A DNA stretch of 4,737 nucleotides from a virus. Taxonomy: Duplodnaviria; Heunggongvirae; Uroviricota; Caudoviricetes. The stretch lies in IMG/VR virus record IMGVR_UViG_2695420382_000015. One strand, written 5' to 3'. A model generated the notes under the pieces. It did no database searches. It worked only from the letters and a program-made list of their open reading frames with translations, and was not told the DNA's origin. Position 1 is the first letter of the stretch; each line of letters begins with the position of its first letter. Below, one piece after another: positions 1 to 4,737 of this stretch. A program made the translations under genes and the position numbers.

Positions 1-54
1 AAACACTATCAATAAGTTGGAGTCATTACCCCAATTTTTTACGTACGTAAACCA

Positions 55-135
55 CTAAATGATATTTGCGAGAATGCTACCGAGTATTGAAAACACCACT
101 ACAAATACATAAGCAAATCCCAACAAATAACCAAC
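55..135 (-). CDS. 3' end of a small hydrophobic ORF truncated by the N-run (C-terminal residues VGYLLGFAYVFVVVFSILGSILANII, stop TAG at 55-57)
   Basis: Minus-strand frame is open from 135 down to a TAG at 55-57 and encodes an almost purely hydrophobic stretch typical of a transmembrane helix. The 5' part is lost in the N-run, so start and length are unknown. Not in the ORF track because it is short and truncated. Confidence 0.2.
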   Translation of the reverse strand, partial: VGYLLGFAYVFVVVFSILGSILANII

Positions 136-173
136 NNNNNNNNNNNNNNNNNNNNNNNNNNNNNNNNNNNNNN
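136..173. other. Run of 38 N (masked or unresolved bases, assembly gap)
   Basis: Literal n characters in the sequence; nothing can be read here. Confidence 0.95.
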
Positions 174-449
174 CCAGTGTTATTTTTAGCCAGTTTAAAT
201 TGAACCTTCAAATTATAGAGCACTTATAAATAACAGCCGTTAATATAAATTGGCTAATAGATTTATTTTTATTCAGCCAAGAGCCATGAATAGGATTCGA
301 TAGAAAAAAGTTCAGATAAAAATAGAGATCTACTTCACAAATCAAACGAGAAACCAAAACTTACATCTTGAAATAATCACATTGATTAGATGAATATTTA
401 TCGCGCAGTGACATCATTTTTTAATAATAGTTCAAAAAAAGGGCTCACG
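174..449 (+). promoter_or_regulatory. A+T-rich upstream or leader region of the porin gene with a Shine-Dalgarno-like AAGGG at 439-443; promoter hexamers not confidently placed
   Basis: Strongly A+T-rich non-coding stretch immediately 5' of the porin start at 450. TTGAAA at 368-373 and TTGATT at 382-387 are -35-like but lack a convincing -10 partner. Confidence 0.3.
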
Positions 450-1532
450 ATGAAAAAATTAACAGTGGCAATTTCTGCTGTAGCTGCATCAGTACTGATG
501 GCGATGTCTGCTCAGGCAGCTGAAATTTATAATAAAGACAGTAACAAGCTGGATCTGTACGGGAAAGTTAATGCTAAGCACTACTTCTCCTCTAATGATG
601 CAGATGATGGTGATACTACTTATGCCCGTCTTGGCTTCAAAGGTGAAACCCAAATCAACGATCAACTGACTGGTTTCGGTCAGTGGGAATATGAATTCAA
701 AGGCAACCGCGCTGAATCTCAAGGTTCCTCCAAAGATAAAACCCGTCTTGCCTTCGCTGGCCTGAAATTCGGTGACTACGGCTCCATCGATTACGGCCGT
801 AACTACGGTGTAGCATACGACATCGGTGCGTGGACTGACGTCCTGCCAGAATTCGGTGGTGACACTTGGACTCAAACAGATGTGTTCATGACTGGTCGCA
901 CCACTGGTGTTGCAACTTATCGTAACAACGACTTCTTTGGTCTGGTTGATGGTCTGAACTTTGCTGCTCAGTATCAGGGTAAAAATGACCGCACTGACGT
1001 AACTGAAGCTAATGGTGATGGTTTCGGTTTCTCCACTACTTATGAGTATGAAGGATTCGGTGTAGGTGCAACCTATGCTAAATCTGACCGCACTAATAAT
1101 CAGGTTATCTACGGTAACAACAGCCTGAATGCATCTGGTCAAAATGCTGAAGTATGGGCAGCTGGTCTGAAATATGATGCGAACAACATCTATCTGGCTA
1201 CCACCTATTCTGAAACCCAGAACATGACTGTTTTTGGTAATAACCATATTGCCAACAAAGCACAAAACTTCGAAGTAGTTGCACAATATCAGTTCGACTT
1301 CGGTCTGCGTCCGTCCGTTGCTTACCTGCAATCTAAAGGAAAAGACTTGGGTGCGTGGGGTGATCAGGACCTGGTTGAATATATTGATGTAGGTGCAACC
1401 TATTACTTCAACAAAAATATGTCCACTTTTGTTGATTACAAAATCAACCTGATTGATAAGAGCGATTTCACGAAAGCATCTGGCGTTGCTACCGATGATA
1501 TCGTTGCTGTAGGTATGGTTTACCAGTTCTAA
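450..1532 (+). CDS. nmpC: Outer-membrane general porin of the OmpC/OmpF/PhoE family, phage-borne NmpC/Lc/OmpD-like (360 aa precursor)
   Basis: Start ATG at 450 preceded by AAGGG. Signal peptide [23 protein letters not shown] with an AQA cleavage motif, then mature [16 protein letters not shown] typical of enterobacterial porins. C-terminal region has GLRPSVAY and [14 protein letters not shown] and ends in YQF (terminal Phe, beta-barrel signature). The ORF track's 390 start adds 20 residues ahead of the signal peptide and is rejected. Identification is recalled similarity, not a search. Confidence 0.93.
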   Translation: MKKLTVAISAVAASVLMAMSAQAAEIYNKDSNKLDLYGKVNAKHYFSSNDADDGDTTYARLGFKGETQINDQLTGFGQWEYEFKGNRAESQGSSKDKTRLAFAGLKFGDYGSIDYGRNYGVAYDIGAWTDVLPEFGGDTWTQTDVFMTGRTTGVATYRNNDFFGLVDGLNFAAQYQGKNDRTDVTEANGDGFGFSTTYEYEGFGVGATYAKSDRTNNQVIYGNNSLNASGQNAEVWAAGLKYDANNIYLATTYSETQNMTVFGNNHIANKAQNFEVVAQYQFDFGLRPSVAYLQSKGKDLGAWGDQDLVEYIDVGATYYFNKNMSTFVDYKINLIDKSDFTKASGVATDDIVAVGMVYQF

Positions 1533-1547
1533 TTTGATTACTAAAAG

Positions 1548-1581
1548 ATATGTTGCGGGAGGCTTTGCCTCCCCAACATAT
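1548..1581 (-). terminator. Long near-perfect hairpin (15 bp stem with one bulged C, 3-nt loop); candidate tR'-type terminator for the minus-strand late leader
   Basis: Left arm atatgttgcgggaggc (1548-1563), loop ttt, right arm gcctccccaacatat (1567-1581). On the minus-strand RNA the stem is followed by CUUUUAGUAAU; on the + strand RNA it is followed by AAGUGG with no U tract. Functional assignment is inference. Confidence 0.35.
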
Positions 1582-1603
1582 AAGTGGCTCCCTCAAGCCA
1601 CTT
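1582..1603. repeat. Second inverted repeat (8 bp stem aagtggct/agccactt, 6-nt loop) directly abutting the first hairpin
   Basis: Read directly from the sequence; no U tract on either strand immediately after it. Confidence 0.3.
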
Positions 1604-1669
1604 CCTTTAGGAGCACAACCTTGCTTCTAACTATATAAACCTTCTGTTATATATTACCCTTTATTTTTG

Positions 1670-1693
1670 GGGGCGTTGCAACGCCCCATTTTT
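1670..1693 (+). terminator. Rho-independent terminator for the porin gene
   Basis: Perfect 18-nt GC-rich palindrome ggggcgttgcaacgcccc (1670-1687) followed by aTTTTT (1688-1693) and more T-rich sequence on the + strand. The minus-strand reading gives CAAAAAUAAA after the stem, so it is unidirectional. Confidence 0.7.
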
Positions 1694-1720
1694 AATAATT
1701 TTTAGTAAACAATTGGCATA

Positions 1721-2104
1721 TTAATTAGAGTTATTAACAACGATATCCATCTCTAACCGGATATCTAATGCCATTAACATCCCTTCAATTATGCCCTCAG
1801 CCTTCTGTAACCTTTTCCCGATATAACCATCAGAGCAGCAATGCTTACCTGCCAGTGACATGAATGTCATACCGACTACATAATAATCTACTAATAAATC
1901 GTGCAAATCGCTGTTGTTCTTTTTCAGACGGGCCATGCACCCGCAAATAATCATCGCGTCATCGTCACAACATTGCGGGCGAGATTTTACTTTTGAAGTA
2001 ATTAATCCCTTAAAACCGGCGGCAATGGACGACCAGGTCACATCTTCATGATTATTAGCCGCCCACGCTCCCCAACGCTCAAGAACCATCTGAATATCAC
2101 GCAT
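1721..2104 (-). CDS. quuD: Late-gene antitermination protein Q (phage 82 / DLP12 QuuD type), 127 aa
   Basis: Translation [62 protein letters not shown]... is recognised as the DLP12 QuuD / Q82-family protein. ATG at 2104-2102 with GGAG at 2115-2112 is preferred over the ORF track's TTG start at 2119. Stop TAA at 1721-1723. Confidence 0.9.
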   Translation of the reverse strand: MRDIQMVLERWGAWAANNHEDVTWSSIAAGFKGLITSKVKSRPQCCDDDAMIICGCMARLKKNNSDLHDLLVDYYVVGMTFMSLAGKHCCSDGYIGKRLQKAEGIIEGMLMALDIRLEMDIVVNNSN

Positions 2105-2189
2105 CAACTTACTCCACAAAAATCAGACCAGAACGCCAATTACAAGCAAAAATCAACAAAACAGTATTAGTTGATTGTTATCTCTGACT

Positions 2190-2330
2190 TCATACTCCTG
2201 CTCCTGTCAGGGTTTTGGCGTAATTCTTCAGTATTCGGTAATCGGTCAAAACAGAACCGGGGAAACGATATAAGCGCAGATGCCCCCAGCGGTGGCGAAG
2301 AAGTTCTGCCATATAAAACTCAAACATCAT
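2190..2330 (-). CDS. ylcG: Small DLP12-type protein YlcG (46 aa), unknown function
   Basis: Hand translation of the minus strand gives [46 protein letters not shown], matching my recollection of YlcG between rusA and quuD. Its ATG (2330-2328) overlaps the rusA stop TGA (2329-2327). It is too short to be in the ORF track. Confidence 0.75.
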   Translation of the reverse strand: MMFEFYMAELLRHRWGHLRLYRFPGSVLTDYRILKNYAKTLTGAGV

Positions 2331-2689
2331 TCATTCCCCATTTCGGTGATGGTCAGTTCCAGCCTCCCACCTTTGGTAACAGGCATCTTCACAACGCGGT
2401 AATCAACGACCTGAGCATCATCCAGCCAGAAACCTGCTTTGGTGAGTGCGTCAAAAGCGGCTTTTTGCAGATTATCCAGGTCACGGCGACGGCGATCCGG
2501 CATGTGGCACTCAATACGGATTTTCACTGGCATAGCCAGGCCGATATCCAGCATTGCGTTTTTAATGATTCGGGTGACGTTATCGCGGTATGCCTGCCCT
2601 TCTGCGCTGATGTGTGTGCGCCCGCGATTATGGCGGTAATAGCGGTTATTGCTCGGAGGCCAGGGTAATGTGATGCTGTAGGTATTCAC
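2327..2689 (-). CDS. rusA: Holliday-junction resolvase RusA (crossover junction endodeoxyribonuclease), 120 aa
   Basis: Translation [120 protein letters not shown] is recognised as RusA. The initiation codon is GTG at 2689-2687, overlapping the ybcO stop (GTGA). Confidence 0.93.
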   Translation of the reverse strand: MNTYSITLPWPPSNNRYYRHNRGRTHISAEGQAYRDNVTRIIKNAMLDIGLAMPVKIRIECHMPDRRRRDLDNLQKAAFDALTKAGFWLDDAQVVDYRVVKMPVTKGGRLELTITEMGNE

Positions 2690-2976
2690 GCCTTAATAAC
2701 CCCCTCTTTCAGCCAGATAACCTGCGTTCTCGCCATACCTTCCAGCGCGCATTCTTTTGCATACTCAGCATCGACAAAATATGTGCGGCGGTCGATTTCG
2801 TCGTGACAGGCAGAACATGCAATGGTGGCAATCAGGTCTGGCGGTTTGATACCGGTACCGCACAATCCAGCCAGCCGGATATGTGCCAGTACTGACGTTT
2901 CAGGATTGCCATTACATACGCCAGGGATTCTTACCTGGCATTCCCGACCACGCGCTGCTTTTCTCAAATCAGCCAT
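2686..2976 (-). CDS. ybcO: YbcO-type (DUF1364) Cys-rich putative nuclease of the lambdoid nin region, 96 aa
   Basis: Translation [96 protein letters not shown]. Start ATG at 2976-2974 with GGAGGA 5 nt upstream (cctcc at 2981-2985 on the + strand); the ORF track's longer start at 3015 is rejected. Multiple Cys pairs suggest metal binding. Confidence 0.87.
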   Translation of the reverse strand: MADLRKAARGRECQVRIPGVCNGNPETSVLAHIRLAGLCGTGIKPPDLIATIACSACHDEIDRRTYFVDAEYAKECALEGMARTQVIWLKEGVIKA

Positions 2977-3139
2977 GATTCCTCCTTGCTGCCAGTCGCA
3001 ACCATTTTTTATCAACCAGGCTAGCGGTATATCCGAGCAGTGTTGGTATTTCGGATGGCTTCAGCTCAGGCTTACGCTTACGACGATTTGATACTCTGTA
3101 GATGTGCCCGTTCATGACACGAATAAGCGGTGTAGCCAT
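2969..3139 (-). CDS. ninE: NinE-family small basic protein (56 aa)
   Basis: Hand translation gives [59 protein letters not shown] at 3139-3137 shares one base with the ybcN stop (TAATG), and the 3' end overlaps the ybcO start by 8 nt. Absent from the ORF track because it is short. Confidence 0.8.
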   Translation of the reverse strand: MATPLIRVMNGHIYRVSNRRKRKPELKPSEIPTLLGYTASLVDKKWLRLAARRNHG

Positions 3140-3594
3140 TACGCCTCCTGCTTATCGCGCAGCTGCTGGTATTCACAGCTCTGCGGAATTGTCAGGTGGC
3201 AGCCGATATTCATCGCCCAGGCTTCGACTTTGCACAGGAAGATGTACATCTCGCCGGTTTCCAGCTCTGACGTATGGCGGAGGGATTGGACGGTGGTGAC
3301 CTCGCCGGACACGACATCTACACGGTCTTTGCTTTCGTAGCCGAGATAGGTGTGCTTCATCGCGTCTTTGACCCACTCAGGCGTAGCGAAGGTCTTGCCG
3401 CGGGCGATGAGATATTCGCTGATCTCCGTGTACCACATGTGGCTGAGCGCGTTCTGCGACAGGCTGCGCTTCTCGCGCCACGGCTTAACCTGCAGGCGTA
3501 AGCATTGCCCGGCATCCAGCAATGGCTGAATCTGCTGGCCGATGGCCGCGAAGTTACCGCGATGGAGTTTGATGCCGTCTACTGGCAGAGTCAT
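3139..3594 (-). CDS. ybcN: YbcN / NinB-family recombination-associated DNA-binding protein (151 aa)
   Basis: Translation MTLPVDGIKLHRGNFAAIGQQIQPLLDAGQCLRLQVKPWREKRSLSQNALSHMWYTEISEYL... The RSLSQNALSHMW core resembles the NinB (orf family) motif. ATG at 3594-3592 with GGGAGG 4-5 nt upstream. Confidence 0.88.
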   Translation of the reverse strand: MTLPVDGIKLHRGNFAAIGQQIQPLLDAGQCLRLQVKPWREKRSLSQNALSHMWYTEISEYLIARGKTFATPEWVKDAMKHTYLGYESKDRVDVVSGEVTTVQSLRHTSELETGEMYIFLCKVEAWAMNIGCHLTIPQSCEYQQLRDKQEA

Positions 3595-3686
3595 ACGGCC
3601 TCCCTAACGGAAACCGCAGAATGCAGAAAATCGCAGGTGCATTTCTGCATCTGTGACAAGGTGATGAGTTCAGATTGTGGTCGCAT
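3591..3686 (-). CDS. ylcH: Small ORF (31 aa) in the position of DLP12 ylcH, translationally coupled to ybcN
   Basis: Minus-strand ORF MRPQSELITLSQMQKCTCDFLHSAVSVREAV with AAGGGGA upstream of ATG (3686-3684) and a TGA stop overlapping the ybcN ATG (ATGA). Assignment to ylcH rests on position and size; I do not recall the reference sequence exactly. Confidence 0.5.
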   Translation of the reverse strand: MRPQSELITLSQMQKCTCDFLHSAVSVREAV

Positions 3687-3705
3687 TTAAGTCCCCTTAA
3701 ATGCG
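3682..3705 (-). promoter_or_regulatory. Hairpin (9 bp stem, 6-nt loop) enclosing the Shine-Dalgarno and start codon of the ylcH-like ORF
   Basis: Arms cgcatttaa (3682-3690) and ttaaatgcg (3697-3705) are perfect complements. On the minus-strand RNA the loop GGGGAC carries the SD and the ATG lies in the 3' arm. No U tract on either side, so it is not a classical terminator. Confidence 0.25.
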
Positions 3706-3792
3706 CAGAAGTCACCGGAGTTGTTCAGGCTCCGATGAGAGGATTATGGCGGATTGATTACGATAAATCAAAACTATCTTGAAGCCAAAACA

Positions 3793-3822
3793 GTGATCTT
3801 CGCTTTAAAAACCTTGTATACT
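3793..3822 (+). promoter_or_regulatory. Candidate sigma70-type promoter for the A+T-rich cassette (-10-like TATACT at 3817-3822; weak -35-like GTGATC at 3793-3798)
   Basis: The only reasonable -10 match upstream of the cassette's first gene on the + strand; the -35 element is poor. Purely sequence-pattern based. Confidence 0.2.
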
Positions 3823-3858
3823 TTCACCTAATCACAGCCAGAACTATGGATCTAACCA

Positions 3859-4236
3859 ATGACCAACAAAGAAAACAAAGATAAATATATTAACAAGTTC
3901 AAGAAAGAGCTTTCAAAATATATACAACCAACTGCTGGAGTGGACATTCAATTATTTAACTCTAAGGATGGTGGTGGTGTAATTAAAGCCACTTTGAATA
4001 GAAGTGGAAAAAGAAAATCATCTATTGCTGGTAATTTTACTAAATTAGGTGAGGCAATTACCTCGAGTGGGCAGAGGGTTTTTGGTGGTGATCTATCAAA
4101 TGTGAATTTTTACGGAACAAATACGATTTTTGATGGAGATACAATATTTTTAATTAAATCACCTGATTCAGAGGAGTGGTCATCACAAAAAGCTTCCAAA
4201 GACGTAGAGGGCATCGTATTTGGAGGGAAAAAATGA
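3859..4236 (+). CDS. Hypothetical protein, 125 aa, Lys/Gly-rich, predicted soluble; first gene of a two-gene A+T-rich cassette
   Basis: Uninterrupted ORF with an in-frame TAA two codons upstream of the ATG at 3859 and a weak GGA 8 nt upstream. Codon usage and composition differ strongly from the flanking phage genes. No family recognised. Stop TGA (4234-4236) overlaps the next gene's ATG. Confidence 0.55.
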   Translation: MTNKENKDKYINKFKKELSKYIQPTAGVDIQLFNSKDGGGVIKATLNRSGKRKSSIAGNFTKLGEAITSSGQRVFGGDLSNVNFYGTNTIFDGDTIFLIKSPDSEEWSSQKASKDVEGIVFGGKK

Positions 4237-4661
4237 TTAACATTACTACTAAGGATGGCACTCAAGTCAGTGGTGAAGTAAGAGATCTAGTAATTCTTCT
4301 TGAAACTGATGGAAAAACGGTGTCTGATTATTTGCAGCCAATCCCTCCCAAAAAAGATACACACTGGAGCATGATTTTCATTCCGGTAGCAATTTATATA
4401 CTACTTAATCTTGTATACATTATTGCTCACCCATTATTTCCTGAAAAATATCTAAAAACATCAACATCTATATTTCTATTCATTTCCTTCATATTAAGTG
4501 CAATAGTAGCATATTTTGTTTTCCATAAGCATAAATCTGCCACTCTATCCATATGCAGCTTAGTGTTCTTAGTGTTAATTGTAGGTGCTAACGTAGGGTT
4601 TATCAGTTACAGCGACCTAACACAAAAAGCGACGCAAAAATTAGATAGTTTGTCTAAATAA
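4233..4661 (+). CDS. Hypothetical small membrane protein, 142 aa: about 65-residue soluble N-terminal domain followed by three predicted transmembrane helices
   Basis: ATG at 4233-4235 with GGAGG at 4222-4226 (6-nt spacer), overlapping the upstream stop (ATGA). Hydrophobic segments WSMIFIPVAIYILLNLVYIIA, IFLFISFILSAIVAYFVF and ICSLVFLVLIVGANVGFISY are separated by short charged loops. The ORF track's 4176 start lacks an RBS and runs inside the upstream gene. Confidence 0.6.
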   Translation: MINITTKDGTQVSGEVRDLVILLETDGKTVSDYLQPIPPKKDTHWSMIFIPVAIYILLNLVYIIAHPLFPEKYLKTSTSIFLFISFILSAIVAYFVFHKHKSATLSICSLVFLVLIVGANVGFISYSDLTQKATQKLDSLSK

Positions 4662-4668
4662 TTATGTT

Positions 4669-4689
4669 GCCATGCGAAGTATGCATGGC
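4669..4689 (+). repeat. Inverted repeat (7 bp stem gccatgc/gcatggc, 7-nt loop) just 3' of the cassette's second gene
   Basis: Read directly; no U tract follows, so terminator function is uncertain. A second short palindrome ccatttaaaatgg lies at 4703-4715. Confidence 0.2.
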
Positions 4690-4737
4690 TGCATGTCTGC
4701 CTTCCATTTAAAATGGGCTAAGACCTATAACCCTAAA

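Noticed and set aside
390-449. Upstream ATG start giving a 380-aa porin ([20 protein letters not shown] extension)
   Set aside because: The extension would sit ahead of a canonical signal peptide, whereas the internal ATG at 450 has an SD-like AAGGG and begins the signal peptide.
489-1331. 280-aa minus-strand ORF in the ORF track
   Set aside because: Lies entirely antisense within the well-supported porin gene; repetitive low-complexity translation and no RBS context.
2105-2119. TTG-initiated 132-aa version of Q from the ORF track
   Set aside because: The ATG at 2104 has a GGAG at proper spacing and gives the recognised MRDIQ N-terminus.
2171-2668. 165-aa + strand ORF and the nested 66-aa ORF at 2439-2639
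   Set aside because: Both are antisense to rusA and ylcG, which have recognisable products.
2977-3015. N-terminal extension of ybcO (MIKNGCDWQQGGI...)
   Set aside because: It runs through the ninE coding region without an RBS; the ATG at 2976 has a GGAGGA Shine-Dalgarno.
2822-3091. 89-aa + strand ORF
   Set aside because: Antisense to ybcO and ninE; Pro/Ser-rich translation typical of a shadow frame.
3102-3340. 65-aa and 78-aa + strand ORFs
   Set aside because: Antisense shadow ORFs inside ybcN.
3173-3376. 67-aa minus-strand ORF (Arg-rich)
   Set aside because: Alternative frame inside ybcN on the same strand; Arg-rich translation typical of an out-of-frame read of a GC-balanced gene.
3621-3650. 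Inverted repeat atgcagaaa / tttctgcat with 12-nt loop
   Set aside because: Lies inside the ylcH-like coding sequence with no flanking U tract; could be coincidental, so not called as a feature.
3274-3690. 75-aa and 61-aa + strand ORFs
   Set aside because: Antisense to ybcN and the ylcH-like ORF; no RBS.
4176-4232. Extended 161-aa version of the membrane-protein ORF
   Set aside because: The extension overlaps the upstream gene in another frame and lacks an RBS; the ATG at 4233 has GGAGG 6 nt upstream.
1-4737. CRISPR arrays, tRNA or rRNA genes, IS elements
   Set aside because: No regularly spaced direct repeats, no cloverleaf-compatible segments and no terminal inverted repeats with a transposase ORF were seen in the unmasked sequence; the N-run cannot be assessed.

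Overview
This window reads as a segment of a lambdoid (DLP12-like) enterobacterial prophage with a foreign A+T-rich two-gene cassette at its right end. All identifications are from reading the sequence and recalling protein families; no database search was run. From left to right: a hydrophobic ORF fragment cut by a 38-nt N-run; an intact phage-borne OmpC/OmpF-family porin (NmpC/Lc-like, + strand, 450-1532); a convergent zone with three hairpins (1548-1693); then, on the minus strand, a tightly overlapping nin-region gene train ylcH - ybcN (NinB-like) - ninE - ybcO - rusA - ylcG followed by the Q82-type antiterminator quuD. At about 3700-3860 the composition drops sharply in G+C, and two translationally coupled + strand genes follow (3859-4236 and 4233-4661), neither of which I can place in a known family. 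The first is a small Gly/Lys-rich soluble protein and the second a predicted three-helix membrane protein. This cassette is the best candidate for an undescribed accessory system, possibly defence, superinfection exclusion or toxin-antitoxin, but its function is inferred only from context and architecture. No tRNA, rRNA, CRISPR array or IS element is visible in the unmasked sequence.
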